DNA of 64,000 bases from Salpingoeca rosetta. Its lineage: Eukaryota > Protista > Choanoflagellata. Under the pieces are notes generated by a model. That model saw only the letters and a list, made by a program, of their open reading frames with translations, searched no databases and was not told the DNA's origin. This document shows, one piece after another, positions 31,359 through 46,681 of this stretch; position 1 is the stretch's first letter, and every line of letters starts with the position of its first letter. The stretch is from contig JAWQFM010000007.1 of NCBI GenBank assembly GCA_033442325.1, forward strand, positions 1,053,011 to 1,117,010, given 5' to 3'. The position numbers and the translations under genes are program-made.

Positions 31359-33905
31359 TCACTCGCTGTCACTGCTGGTGGACCAATCTGAAGACGACAG
31401 CCCAGATGATGAAGATGACGACGACGACGACGACGTGGAGAGGCGCCGGCTTCGCTTCTTCTTCGCCTTGTCCTTCTTGCGTTTGCTCTTGCTTTGTTTG
31501 CGTCTCGCCTGCTCTTTGCGCTTTTCTTCCTTCTTCTTCGCCTTGCGCTTCCTCTTCTCCTTGCTACGGTCGCGCTTGTGCTTGTGCTTTCGCTTCTTCT
31601 CCTTGTGCTTTCGGCTGCTGCTGCTGCTGCCGCTGCGGATGCCGCCCTTGCGCGTGCTGCTCGCTTGCTCCCCGGTCACCTCAACCCACTCGTAGTCCTC
31701 CTCCTCTCTACGCGCCTCAAGTCGCATCAGGTCCATCGAGTTGACGGATTCCGACGGCAGTGGCTGCTGTGTTGCACGTGCAGCCAGTGGATGAACTCGT
31801 GCAAGCGTCAGTCGCGGCGGTCCACCTGGCTGCTGCTGTTGTTGTTGCTGTTGTTGTTGCTGCTGTTGCTGCTGTTGCTGCTGCTGCGGCTGCTGTGTCT
31901 GCTGTGTCGGTGCGCGACCCAATGAGCCCGCCGGGACAGGTGGGCCGATATCTGTGTCCGATTCGCTGCTGTCCGATGGCACAGCTCTTTGCTGTGCCAA
32001 CAGGTTCTTGTCAACCCCACCTGGCAAGCCGCTCTTCGTCGTCGTCGGCGCTTCTGACGTGCGCTCGCTGCTCGTCACAACCGACTCCGTTGCCCCTGCT
32101 CTTTCGCCTGGCTTCCTTTCCCGCACTACTGCTGCTGCTGCTGCTGATGCTGCTGCTTTCCCTTCATCTTCGCCCTCACCCTCAGCTTCGTCCTCGCTCT
32201 CGCTCTCGCTGCCGCTGAAGATGGCCTTGAACAAATCCATCGGCGGGCGATCCGGCAGCGGCTCCACCTCCTCATCCTCTTCCTCTGCAACGTCCCTGTG
32301 CTCGTGTCTGCCGGTGTCACCTTTGCCTCCTTGGGTCGTCTTTTTCGGCTGCAAACCATACGTCTTGGCTGCACCCACGCTTGCATCCCCACGTGACGCT
32401 GCGCCAGCGAGCAGTTCCTCCGCCATCTGGTCGCCCTTGGGCAGCGGCTTTGTCTTGTCAACGGTTGGGCCCGTGCGCAGGCTGGCTGGTGTTGGCTCCT
32501 GCAGCCCCGCAAACCCCGGCACAGCACCCCAGCGCGTCTTGCGCCGCCGCCCACCAGCCGGCTCCTCCGCCACCAGCCCAACGAGCCCAGACTGCCACCA
32601 TGGCGCGTGTGTGCGCGCGCGTATGTGTATGTGTGTACGCGTATGTGTGTGAGTGTGTGTGCGTATGTGTATGTGTGTGTGCGCGTATGTGTGTGTGTGT
32701 GTGTGAGCAGACAGGCTGGAGAGACCACGATGTGAATGTATGAGAGTGTGTCCCACCCCCCTCTCTGTCTGTCTCTCTAGGCACGTCCGTCAAAGAGCGA
32801 GCGCTGTCACTTACGCGAGGATAAGGGTCCTGGGTAGCAAAGCGCTTGCAGAGGATGCGGTGCGGGTGCCATTCAAACGATTCTCGCGTCAAGCGGCCAT
32901 GCATGTTAGATTTTGCCTGCAAGCACCAACCACCGCAATGCGTATGCAAATGTGAAAAACAAAAGGAAGCCAAGCAAACCAGAGCAACAGCGAGCACCCA
33001 CGGCCACAGCGCTTTGCATGTTCCACGCCTGTCAGGCACTCACACATGACAAAGTCACAGAGTATGCTCGACAATCATGAATGTGCCACGCGTGTGTTGC
33101 TCACCGCCTGTTCGCTGTCGTCCACACGCTGTTTCTGTTCCTTCTTTTCCTCGGCAGTCAGCGCGCCGCTGTCTGGGCCTTCAGTGTGAACGCAACAAGC
33201 AGCAATCCGGGGCACGAACACGCGTGGTAAGAATGAGTACAGGGGATTACGGTGGTGTGATTCACCACACTTGCAACGCGCAGTGCCGCGAGTCAGGAGG
33301 AAAAAATGTGCAGCGCACACGCACTCAAGGTGCATGTACAGCGCACATGTGCCTCTGTACACGTGCATGCCAAGGACTCAAAGGGGGTACCTTGCGGGAG
33401 GGTGAACCGTGCTGCCATGAGCTTTGACAGCGGGTTCTGCAGCCGCTCCTGGTCCGCCCTCGACTGCAAGTCGGCAGCGGAAGCCGGCTGGTGCTGCTGC
33501 ATTTGCTGCATTTGCTGCATTTGCTGTTGTTGCTGTGGTGCAACTGGTGGCGGGCGCCGCAAGGGCTCCTCGCCCAAGATTGCAGCGCGATCGCCGGCTG
33601 TCAGATTGCGGTGGCGCTGTTGTTGGTGATGGTGATGCTGCTGCTGGTGTTGGTGTTGGTGTTGGTGTGGGGCGGTGCCGGGAGGCAAGGGCTGCCGCTG
33701 TCGCTTGCGGTGGTATGGGTCGTATGTCTTGGGTACAGGTGGTGCCCGGTATCGCTGCATGGGTTTGGGGAAGAGGTTGGGGACGAGTTTGGGGCTTGTG
33801 AGCGCGCAGCAGCCACTAACAGCTGCAAGGAAAACGTGAAGGGAACCACTAACAACACAACAACCCAACTGCAAGTATTAACTCCCTTGCGCACAAGCAA
33901 ACACA

Positions 33906-33963
<58 letters not shown>

Positions 33964-35671
33964 GTACCTTTGGATTGAATGATTTGTGTGTGCCGACGCG
34001 AAAGCCGTGGAGTTGAAATGGGGATGCGCGTTGAAACGCGTCGTCAGGGCCGCCATAATACTTGAGTGCTGGCTGCTGCTCAGACATCAGCTGGTGGCTG
34101 CGGAACGACTTGTGCTCTGGAAACGAAAACGAATCATCACCGCCAACCGTTCTATGGGCATATGCGTGCGTGTGTGTTTGTGTGTATTTCGTGTGTATTT
34201 CGTGTGTATTTCGTGTGTATTTCGTGTGTGTGCGTGTGTGCGTGTGTGTATTGATGCGAAGGTCAGCACATGAGCATGCGCCGAATGTGTCTGTGTACAT
34301 GGTGTGCAAGGAGCAGAAAGCGGGTTTGGTTCAGGTGCAGTGTCCGTGTCATAATGGGGTGCTCATCCGCACCTGTCGTACTGGCGCCGATCGTCCGTGT
34401 CATAGACGTCTTCGTCCTCCTCTTCAAACGCGCCAACACCAAAGCCGCCACCCATGCCTTGCGTCCGCCCGCCAAGCGCAAAGTCCTGCCATGCACAGGA
34501 AGGGGTAGGGGACAGTGATGCGTGTGAATGGATGGCCACAAACACGTCAAACAGCAGAAGCGCCGGGTATGCCCGACAGTCATCGAGTATACACAGGCAC
34601 AAGCACACACACGCGCGCACACAAAAGCCCACCTCTGCTGAAATGCCCTTGTAACCGATGCCGAAGAAGTTGTTCTTTGGGGTAAAGCGGCGGACGGTCA
34701 TATCACGCGGTGCAAAAGTGATGCCGTGGCTTGCTGCGTACTCATCAAACGAGTCATCGTCCAGCCCAAGCGCCTACGATGATGTTCGTGGTGGTGGTGG
34801 TGGTAGGGTGGATGAGGTGCGTGCTCAGTGAGGTCTGGGGTTGTGAACATGAAACATGAAGGCACACGCTGTGGAACATGGCTGGCGCAGTACACACACA
34901 CAGAGAGAGAGAGAGGCAGACAGATACAAAAGGGCACACACAGACAGATAGGTACACACACACACACACACAGACAGGCAGGCACAGACACAGACACAGG
35001 TGCACACACAGATACAGATTCACAGACAAACAGCTGCACACACACACATACACACAGACACGCACACGCGTAACATTGTGAACAGACCTTTGCTTGTTGC
35101 CGTGCTGTCAGACGAGCGCCTATGCCTTGGCCATGTCGCCAGCCCATGAGTTTGAGCAGCCTTGCTCATGCCACACGAGTTCACAGGCAAGGTTGACACC
35201 GGTATGAGTCAACGCAGCAGAACAACACACAAAAGGGTATGAGCAAGGCAGAAGCACACACAGACCACCATCTCACCTGATGCCGACAGTCTCTGATGAC
35301 GGCTGCACCAGCTGCGTCAAGTGCTGCATGGCCCTGGACTCTTCCTCAGTCAGCCGGCGCTTGGCCGTGGCCTCTTCATCAGCTGCTGCGCTGGCATCGC
35401 CTTGCCGAAACTCCTGCGTCGATCGCACCTGCCGCGGCGCAATGCCAAAGTCCTGCATGTCCTCCTCGTCCATGAACTGCGCCACATCCTGCCGGAAGCC
35501 ACCCTCTCGCTCCTTGTCTCTTCGCGACGAGCGGAACGTGGAGGGAGCCCACCCTGCACATAGACAGACAGACAGGCAAACGTGTCACAGAAGGAGCGAG
35601 GAAGGGGGTGAGTGTTCAGTAGGGGGCAGGGGGGAGGGGAGGGGGTGGCTGTGAAGAAGTGTGCGCATGAG

Positions 35672-35714
<43 letters not shown>

Positions 35715-35806
35715 GCATAGAGAGAGAGAGACACACACACACACAGACACATAGAGAGACACACACACACAGACACATAGAGAGAGAGACACACACACGC
35801 ACACAC

Positions 35807-35864
<58 letters not shown>

Positions 35865-36103
35865 GCACGCACACACATACACACAAGCACACACACACAC
35901 ACACATCGACCTTGTTTGGAGCCGACAGTGTTGTAGTAGCCTGCGCTGAATCCGCCGGTGAAGGCGCCATGGAAGCGTCGCCGACCCTGCTCGTCCGTCA
36001 CCACCTGGTCCTGCACGGGCACGGCGCGGCGCGGCTCATCCTCCGGCTCAGGCACCTCCACGGGCGTGCCGTACACCACAAACGTGTCATCCTCATCCTC
36101 CAT
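31359..36103 (-). CDS. GPATCH1: G-patch domain-containing protein 1 (spliceosome-associated)
   Basis: [24 protein letters not shown]-patch [37 protein letters not shown] and a K/S-rich tail. Confidence 0.95.
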
Positions 36104-36497
36104 CTTTGCCGCTGCTTGCGAGCGTTCGTGTGCAGTTGTGATTGCCTTCTTTGCTGCTGTTTGTTGTGTTGTTGATGTTTGTTTCACTTTGACTTTGCCT
36201 ACACACACACACGTCACAACTTTCTTTCGTCTCTGATGCGACTTGCTGACACGCGGCATGTAGTGTGGTAGCTCTACTTTGGTCACGGCGACACTACACA
36301 ACCCACTACGCAGAACGCCAACAAACGCAAGTGGAAAGAAAGGAGAAGAAGGAAACGAAGGAAGGGCGTATTGGGATGCGTGGGTGGCAAGGGAATAAGG
36401 TGACTGTGACACGTGAGAGCAGCACAGCTCAGCACATCACATCACAGCACATCACATCACCACGCGCGGCACCGCACAAGTCCCTGCGGCATGTTGG

Positions 36498-36721
36498 CTA
36501 GAGGAAGGGGTGGACGGCAAGCTCAAAGGCGGAGACCGGGTAGCGCAGGTCAAAGTTCTGCAGCACCTCTGGATGGACAACACCCAGCACGCCCACGCGC
36601 GCCCCGTTGTACACAATGTCCGCAGCGCCAAGCTCCCCAAGGAAGGCAGGATCTGTCGGTAGATGGTGTTGTTGGTGTTGTTGTGTGTGCATGCAGTAGG
36701 CGTGTGTGTGTGTGTGTGTGT

Positions 36722-36752
<31 letters not shown>

Positions 36753-38108
36753 CGCGCGTGCGTGCATGTGTGCGTGGGTTGTGTCGTGTCGTGTTATGTG
36801 GTGAGAAAGTATGTGCGCTTGGTTGTGAAAAGAAGCTCCCACTAAAGTGCTTGTGCAAGCGACATGCTGCTTGATGCAAGGCGCAAGAGAGGGCAGGCCA
36901 AGCTGAGGAGGATGTCTGACCTTGTGTTGGGAGGAGGCAGTAAGCCTTGCTGCCAGGGTTGACAGCACTGGGGTCAAATGGGATCTACAAACATCAAGCA
37001 GGATACATGAGAGGGCGCATTGTGAATGAGAGTCCCACAACACAGGCAAGGGTTGCATTGTGCACTCAAATGCAGTCGCAACAATGGCGATGATGGCATG
37101 GTGCTGGTGGTGGAGGTGGTGGAGGTGGTGGTGGTGCATACCTCGAGCATCTTCATGATGTAGTCGAGAAGGCCCTGCAGGGCCTCAAAGCGCGGCGACT
37201 TGCCCATGGCAACAGCCGCAAGACGGCGCTCATTGCTCGCACCAGAGTCCTGATCGTGGTGGTGGGGTTATGGACGTTGGTCGTTGGTCGTTGGACGTTT
37301 GTTGTGAGGTGGTGAACGGTTGTGCTTGCAAGAAGGAGGAAGAGTGTGATGGGCAGGCAAGATAGCTTGAAATGGTTGCAAGCAGAGACGAGGACATTAA
37401 CGCACCGAGGACGGGTCGAGAAGCACTACGTCGCTGATCTCGAAGAGCTGGTGATGGTGACGTGGAGACAGAGAGAGAGGGGGGGGGGAGAGAGAGGGAG
37501 GGCAGTCAGGTGAGTTGGGAGTTTGATTCACAAATCAACACAGCAACACGCACGCAGGTGCAGAAAACACACTCCCACAGCACACGCGAGGAGAACACAT
37601 GCACATGCCTACCTGGATGGGAAGAGGCATGGCGCTGTTGTTGTGCAAGGTGCGCAGCAGGCCAGCCAGCAGGTTGGTGCGTGCAACCTGACATCGCAAC
37701 CGACACAGAAATGTTAGGGGATGAGCATCGTGCAGTGGTTGATATTGGCCGGTGCAGACAACCAGCGTGTGAACAGACACGAGCGCACAACAACATGCAC
37801 ATACATAGACATGCACACACACGCACACACATGTACTGAACACATGCGCCGTGTACCTGGAAATCCTTTGTCTTTGGGTTGGCGATGACGCACGCCGTCT
37901 TGCCGTCGTCTGGGCGCCGCAGGTTCTTGAAGTTGTCGTCGCGGGTGCACTGCATGATATGAAGGGAGGAGGAAGGCACGTGTACAGGAATTGGGGTGTC
38001 AGAACAGGGTGCATGCAAGGAGACGTGCAGGATGCAAACCAAGAATGAACAACATCGCCAACATGTACACAGCGCGTGCACGCCACGCAACGCCCAATGG
38101 GCAATAAG

Positions 38109-38203
<95 letters not shown>

Positions 38204-38682
38204 AATACGCCGTACACAGCAACTGACCAGGGCAAAGGTGAGGGCCTCGGCGTATCCTGCCTGCGCCGTGATGAGACGAAGGTGGTCGGAGAGCTTGTTG
38301 ATCGGCTGCTGCTTGCCCGCAGTCACAACCTGAACACAGCACACACACACGCACACACAAACACACACACACACAATGGTACAGCGAAGCCAATGAGAAG
38401 GAGGGACAAGACATGAGTGAGGAGGAAGAGGAAGAGAATGCATATGTGCGGTGACACGGAAGGACGAGAGGAAGAAAACATGAGCGCGACCATGCATGTG
38501 CGCGGACCTGTGGTTGCGTCGCCTGAATGTTGTCGAAGCCAAAGGCAACAGCGGCATCCTCCCAAATATCACACGCGTGCAGAATGTCTGCCAGTGCAAT
38601 GATCACGCATGCCACATCAGCCATACGTATGGACAGATCACAACCCAAACAAACACCCAAACACAAGCAGCAGCAACAGCAG

Positions 38683-38723
<41 letters not shown>

Positions 38724-39900
38724 GCAACAACAGCAGCGCTGAAAGTAGGAGTAGAACCAACGAGCAGCACCAAGCCGGTCAATGGCAACGCTATTTACCT
38801 GGGCGCGTTGGCGGGATTTCGACCTCGATTGCGTCTGCGTCCACAAGCTTTCCGCGCAGCTGCATCTTTGTGAGGAGCGCTGCGAGCTGTTCGGGTGTGG
38901 CCTGCTCCTTCTTGATGCCCATGCGCCGGTAGATGTCGCCAGCAGACACCTTCTCCGTGCGGTACTTGAACTCCTGTTACCAGTCATGGCCCAGTGGAGT
39001 GGGGTGGGGTGGGGTGGGGGTGGTGATGAGAAATTGGCAATGGGGAAGATGTGGTTGATCATGGCATGTTAAGCAACACACACACACGGACACACGGGCC
39101 GTGAACTGACGGGGTAGACGTGCGATTCCTGGCCGTTTGGCGGGGTGACGTGGACGGGCTCGATGGACTTGGCAGGCAGCATCGTCACCATCATGTTCAG
39201 CACAATCTTCGCCCGCGTCTGTGGTGGCAGTGACCGTGATGACGGTGGCGGACGTGGTTGGTGGTGGTGTTGAGCATAGCAGAAAGTGGGGTTGGCAGCA
39301 CATCAAGCATGCACGAACGCGAAGCTCTCGCAAGTACGCGGTGCACAGAGGTGGTCGTGATTACGGACTGGCACAGACGCGAGCAGGACACAATAGCAAG
39401 TGCGTGTGCGTTGGGGGGGGGGGCGAGAATGCATGTGTGTGTGTGTGTGCGTACGCACGAGATCTGTTGCTGTGCACTCGATGAAGACGTCCTTGGTATC
39501 GAGTGTGATGCGCGAGTGGTTGCCTGAACACATGGCGACGACAGTGGCCACACAGGAACAGTCGGGTACGGCAGCCGCAACACAGAAATGAACATGAGAT
39601 GTGTACGCTCACACCCACACCCACACCCACACCCACACCCACACCCACACCCACACCCACACCCACACCCACACCCACACACGCGCACAACCGGCGACAC
39701 ACGAATTAAATTAAAGGCGCGGACCGTTGATGATGGGCGGGAGGGAGAGGACGACGCCGTTCGCATCGCGGATGACAGGATACACCTCCTCGTCCTTGAT
39801 AATGTGCAGGTACTGCACCAGCAGGACCAGGAGACGCAGCAGACATCATGCACACGTTAGAACAACAAAGGCCGCGAAGACATGCAAGCAATATCTGCTC

Positions 39901-39957
<57 letters not shown>

Positions 39958-41663
39958 GTGCCTGTACGGACCTGCTTGAGCTGCTGGTCCTTCTCATACT
40001 CAACCATGAGCTCTGCAGCGGTGTACTCGCGTGTCGGAACCTCTGTCTCGTTCGTTGCGTTGCCCTGCACGTACACGCATACACACACACGCGCGCGCGC
40101 ACACACACACAAGCCCACACACACACACGCACACACAGATACACACGCATACACATGCGTGTGAGTGGAAGAAGCGGGACAGCGCGCAGACGCATGCACG
40201 AAATGCAAGGGAATAAACACGGCGTTCAGAGCAACGCACGTTTTCGTCCTTCTTGGGGACGCGGAGGGGAACAAAGCTGATGTCGCTTGGCTTCTGCGCA
40301 TCGTACACAAATGGACCTGCAAACGCAGTGCGGTGGTCAGCAGTGGCGGCGGGTATGCGTGTGCATGCCAGACATATTGTGTTTTGGGTGACAGGCTGTC
40401 AGCGGTGCTACACAGAGTTGAGAGGGACGGACCTGTGATGGTGGCGAGGTCGTGCGTGCCAATGGCGACCAGGGCGCGGCGGCGGCAGATGTTCTGATGC
40501 AGCTTGTCCTGAGCATTGACACACACACAGACACACACATGCACAGACACACAGACACACACACGCATACGAGAGGGCATTAGTTGGCAACACAAGCAAA
40601 CGTATGCTATGTAACACAGGAGCACAGCCACGACAGCACTGCAGAAAGCACAGACGACTGCGAAAGTGGCTCGCTGACACACCTGCAGATCGATGAAGCG
40701 CTCGTAGACGTCCTGTGTGAACTCAACACCGCGCAGGATGGCGGCAACGCAGAAGGGACGCACACTCTGGGTCTGCACAACGTGCGCCGTATGTTATGGG
40801 TGTCATGTGTTATGTATCGTGGTGTACATGAGCCAGGTTGGTGGTGAACAGGCTGTGAGGCATGCGCATCCACGATGCAACAGACATAGGGGCTACACGC
40901 GACACTGCAGTCACAAACGCACACACACACACACTCTCTCTCTCTCTCACACACACACACACATATTCACGTTCCACTGACGTACGGCTGGGGTGATGGT
41001 GAGCTGCTGCATGTCCTCAGGCTTCATGTCAACGTGCTTGAAGCGTGGGGCCTCAATATCGCCGAGGTACACGCGCAGGGCACGCACAAGGCCCTCCAGG
41101 CACAGGAGATCATAGCTGCCACGGTGTTGATGGGGGCGGGTGTGTGCGCGAGTACGTGTGTGTATGTGTGAGGACGGAAGCCGTGGTAGAATTGGGGGGG
41201 GGGGGGGAGGCAGGTACGCGTATGCCTGATTGACCATGCAGTTGACGGGCCGGCTGGCTGCACGTCATCTCGTCCTGCTCACCGGTTTGCGGGGATCTCA
41301 ACCTTGTACACGAGCTTTCCGGTCTCTGTTTGGTCAATGCAAGACAGCAGGGCACACCACAAAAACAAATCAAATACGCACACGCGCGGGTGAGGCATCA
41401 TTCATTGGGGGAGAGATTCAAGAGATGGATGAACCGGTAGGGAAGCAGAGTGGCGCACGTGTCACCAACTGACCAGAGGGTCTGCCTTCCTCGTCCTCTC
41501 GTTCCTATGACAATAGTGTGCATGTGTGGGTGCGTGAATCAAATGGGCAAACGAGTGTGTGAATGTGGCGGATGGGGGCGAGAAAGACACACACGGGAGA
41601 AAGGAGAGAGTCTGTATGAGCGAGTTGCATGCACGCATGCTCAGGCGCCCCCTAAATACGCAC

Positions 41664-41747
<84 letters not shown>

Positions 41748-42120
41748 CACACACGCACGCACACACACGCACACGCACACACACACACACACACCACTTC
41801 GAGTTCGAGGCCGTAGTCGAAGCAGAGCTTGTCAAACTCCTTCTCGGCTGTTTGGAAGCCGATACGGGCCAATACAAGGCAAACATAGGAAGGAAGCAAT
41901 ACGTGAACGCCATATCTCCCGCGTGACACCTTGCACACTTTGCGCACATCACAACACACACACACACACACACTGCACGCATCGCTGCGCATGTTCCGCA
42001 ACACAGGCGACACAAGCGACACAAGCGACACAAGCGACACAAGCGACACAAGCGACACGTACTCATGGTTCGGCCGAGGCCCTTGTACAGGGCCTCTGGT
42101 GATACGGAGATGGTGGGCAT
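36498..42120 (-). CDS. FARSB: Phenylalanyl-tRNA synthetase beta subunit (cytosolic)
   Basis: [68 protein letters not shown] and GVVHPEVL motifs. Confidence 0.96.
42008..42060. repeat. 9-bp tandem repeat (GCGACACAA, about 6 copies) in FARSB intron 1
   Basis: Seen directly in the sequence. Confidence 0.9.
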
Positions 42121-42419
42121 CGCCGGCTTGGTTGGTTGGTTGGTGGACAAGACAAGCACAGAGGGTTGGCTGTGTGGTGGGTTATGCCTTTTGCGCTGCT
42201 GCCAATTCACGTGTAAACGGCGATTGGCGGATGTCTTCAGGTACTTTTCCGTAACCACAAGGACCGCGTTTTGTGGCAGCCGGCGGGAGGCGCATGACTG
42301 CCAGCCAGCAAAGAGCTGCTGTCTCATCCGTGCCCATCCCTCAGTCCCTGCATCCGTACCGTCCCTCCCTCCACCTTTTGAGCCACTGAGCCAGTCAGCC
42401 AACCAACTAGTCAACGAAG

Positions 42420-43473
42420 ATGGCGCCCAAGTCTGCTGAGCAAGCGACGGCGTACTTTTGCGCGTCTGGCGCAGCTGCGGTGGTGAACTTCCCGCTGTGG
42501 AAAGCATCGGCCATGGGCCAGTCCGGATACACCCTGCATGCGAAGACCATGTACGGCCGCATGCTGGAGTCGCTGCAGCCGCCATGGCGGGGCGTCTTTG
42601 CTGTTATGGGCGGCATGACATGGGCACGCGCTGCCATCTTCTACGGCTCGGATAAGGGCCGGCACTTGCTACAGGCCGCGGGCGTCGGCCACTCTGCCAG
42701 CATTGCACTGCCGCCATTGGCCATCAGCACGTGCGTGCAAGTGGTGAACATGCCCTTGATCAGGTGCTCCATCATGCTGCAAAACCCGACCGCAACACAG
42801 ACGTCGCTCTGGCAAATGGGCAAGCACATTGTACACAAGCGCGGCTTCTTTGCCCTGTGGCATGGCTTGAGGTGCGTACGTAAACGTTTACTTACTTGTG
42901 CTCATGCTTACGTGTGCGTGCGTGTGCGTGCGTGTGCGTGCGTGTGTATTTGTTGCGTGTGCACGCCTGTTTAGTTATCGTCTGTGCATGCGTGCAGCTC
43001 CCACGCTCTCTATCTGTGTGAGGGGTCTCTCTTTCTATGGTTTCCTTGCAAGTGACCCACTCTTCTTGACACGCACACGCGCACGCACACACGCATGCAT
43101 GCTGTTGGTATTCCACAGTGCTGGCATTTTCAAGACGGTGCCAAAGTATGTGACGGCGGTGTACGTGAAGGAGATGATGGACGAGTGGCTGGCACCTGTG
43201 GACTCCACGGATCGCACGGCTGTGCTCGTGCGCAGCGCAAAGAAGAGCGTCATTGCCGGTCTGGCCGGCGCCACCCTCACCAACCCGCTCGATGTCATCC
43301 GCAACACCATGTTCCAGACCGAGACATCCATGTTCCAGACCATCAAGCATCTGCATGCCAAGAAGGGCTGGCGGTTCCTGTACCAGGGGCTTGGCAAGAA
43401 CCTTGTTGCTGTCGCTGTGCCCGTCTCCCTCACCATCTTCCTCACAGACGCTTTCAGCCGCATCCTAGCGTGA
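42420..43473 (+). CDS. Mitochondrial carrier (SLC25) family protein, 2 exons (intron 42872-43118)
   Basis: Three repeats with helix prolines (FPLW, MPLI, NPLDVIRN) and G-W/F-xx-L-W/Y-xG motifs. Confidence 0.85.
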
Positions 43474-43870
43474 CCGAGAGAGAGAGAGTGTGTGTGTGTG
43501 TGTGTGTGCGTGTGTTTGTGTGTGACAGCGTCCTTTTGTTTCTTTGTGTTCATCGTGTCTGCTTCCTCTTTCCTGCTGATTATTGTAGCGCTTGCGCGCC
43601 TGTGTCCATCCTTCATAGTGGCGGAGTGGCTTGGGCTAGATTGTTTAGTTGATGACCGTGAAGGGTGCTGAGTTGAGATTGTGGAGGGTGTTTAGTCGAG
43701 ACTGTGTTCCTTCAATAAACGGGTTGAACACAACCACTGTCGTGAGGAGACATGACACGTTGTCATGTCACATCACATCGCAGCAGGCAGGCTTGAGGTG
43801 GTAACCAACAACAACAACAACACACACGCACACATGTACGCACGCACGCTCACAAGGCGAGCGTGGACGC

Positions 43871-44080
43871 TCACGGGATTTTGGCTGGGTCTGGTGTGAT
43901 CTTTGGGCGGTTTGTTGGCGCCTTGAGAGCAGCAATGGCATCCATCTCAGAGTCGCTCAGCGAAAAGTGGAAAAAGTTGAGGTTGTAATGCATGTGCGTT
44001 GTGTTCTTCGTGCGCGGGTTGACGAGGATCCCCTTCTGGTGTTCCCAGCGCAAAATCACCTGAAATGGGCAAGTTTGGGG

Positions 44081-44152
<72 letters not shown>

Positions 44153-44311
44153 TGTTTTTCTATACTGTTGNNNNNNNNNNNNNNNNNNNNNNNNNNNNNN
44201 NNNNNNNNNNNNNNNNNNNNNNNNNNNNNNNNNNNNNNNNNNNNNNNNNNNNNNNNNNNNNNNNNNNNNNNNNNNNNNNNNNNNNNNNNNNNNNNNNNNN
44301 NNNNNNNNNNG

Positions 44312-44385
<74 letters not shown>

Positions 44386-45910
44386 TGAGGGGGGTATGCA
44401 CGGAGCGGAAATCTTTAACAGTGTTGCGTACATGCGTACATGTGCACGCGTGTGTTCAAATGACCTGTGAGACATCGACGTCGTGTTTCTTGGCAATGGT
44501 GTTGAGGGTTTCATCGGCAAGAAGGTTCCACCCACATCTGAATCCATTTGCAACATGCGGCGTGGTCGTGAGTGCCAAGAAGTGAAGTGGGAGAGGAGCC
44601 GTGAAGCATGGTACACCGGCTACATTGGGGTGCGTGAGCACACAAGCAAACTTGTGTGCCTTTGCACACAGACATACACACACACACACACACACCCACA
44701 ACAGACATGCACACACACACACCCACAACAGACATATGCACACGGACACACGCGTGTGGTTGGGTTGCCACCTTGACGGGGAGACATCTGGCGTGCCGAG
44801 GGGGCTGTAACCGTTGAAGGTGATATTGAGGCGGTGGCAGTGCTCCACCAGCTTCTCCTCGTGCCAGAAGGGATGATACTCAACCTGTACGCCATCACAA
44901 TCACACAGGGACCCCGACGTGGGTAGGGGGCATGTGAAGTTGAAGACATGGCGGGTGACCACACAAATGTTGATAAAATAAGACGCGGCAGATGCACACA
45001 CACACACACTCTCTCTCTCTCTCACTCACACAGACACACTCACAATCACTACTACGCAGTGTCACCTGGTTGACGGCTGGGAGGAGGCCGTGCATGCTGG
45101 TGATGTCATCAAGATGCCGCACTTCGAAATTCGAGACGCCGATGGCACGTGCGCCGCCGCTCGTGTAGATGGCCTCCAGCGCTTTCCATGTGGACTGTCG
45201 GCACAGCTGATATGGTGGACGTAGAAGAGTCGTGCACACACAACACATGCACACATAGGCACAGCGAGAGAGAGATAGGCACACAGACACTTGCATGAGT
45301 ACAGAAGTGTTCAAGTTTTCAAGTGTTCAAGTGTTCAAGTGTTCAAGGCACATACACAAGACGCACAACGTGGTTACCTTTGGGGTTACGCCGGCACAGG
45401 CTGGGTCGGTGCTGTTTTCGCTTGGTCCAGGCCAGTGGATCAACAGCTAACAGCGGGACGTGCATCAAAGATGTCAGTGCCACGATTGCAACACACACAC
45501 ACTCACGCGCGCGCGTGTGCACACAGACGATTTTCAGAGGACGACACGGAGACAAATGAATGAATGAATGAATGAAGGTCGCACTTAGGCAAGCACAGGC
45601 ATTGTACCAGATCCACGTATGTGGTGTCCAGAGTCTGCAGGATTTGCTCAAACTGGCTCATGGTGTCCTTGTAGCCCAGCGGCAAGGTGGGCCCAACTTT
45701 GGACGTGATGAAGATCTGTGCGCATGTGCGTGAGAGTGTGCGCATGTGTGAATGTGTGAAAGTAAGTGAGAGTGTGTGAGGGAGTGTGAGAGAGAGAGTA
45801 TGTATGTGTGTGTGTGTGTGTGTGAGGAAGGAGTATGGATGGCATGGCTGCTTTGGTATATGGGTATCTTGAACGAAGCTGTGCGATCAAAGACAACCAC
45901 CGCACTAACG

Positions 45911-45968
<58 letters not shown>

Positions 45969-46649
45969 AGCCAGTGCAGAGAAGCCTGACACGTGTCAGA
46001 AACGCAACACCTCTTCGCGGGGAATGCCGCTTCGCTTGATGCCTCGTCCAACTGGCACTTGGTCATTGTAAGACAGGGATGCATCGATGCGACGGCCGCC
46101 GGCCTTCAGCCAGTGGTACACGGCTTTGACGGCAAGGAGAACACGCGAAAAAAACAAGAAGCAGTGCATGAGGGTGAGGGCACGAAGGTTTGGGTGCGTG
46201 TTTTCGTGAGATGTGCGTTCGTGATGTGTGCGTGTGTGTGCGATGTGTGTATGACGTGCATGCAATTGTTTGTGTGACAGTGTAGCACGCGGTGAGAAAA
46301 GGAGGGCAACACACCATCTTCCACTTCAGTTTCATTGTGGTAGTAGGAGCCGTAACTGCCGGTGCCCAAGCCTGTCACGGGCATCTACAGTTGTGGCGGA
46401 AGCGTTGGAACGATGAGTCGAAGCGTTCAATGCGATCAAAGCCTGACAAAAAGAAAAAGCAGGCGGACAAAGCTGTAGCACAGGCTTGCTCACACAGAGA
46501 TAGAGATACAGATAGAGATGCAGATGCAGATGCAGACAGACACTCAGGCACACGCATGCACACACACACACACGCATACACCCACACACACACACACACC
46601 CACACACACACGCACACACACACGCACACACACACCCACACACACACAC

Positions 46650-46681
<32 letters not shown>

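Noticed and set aside
37506-39062. 518-aa ORF containing poly-Cys
   Set aside because: It threads through FARSB introns (CAG/CTG and TG repeats) and mixed-frame exons.
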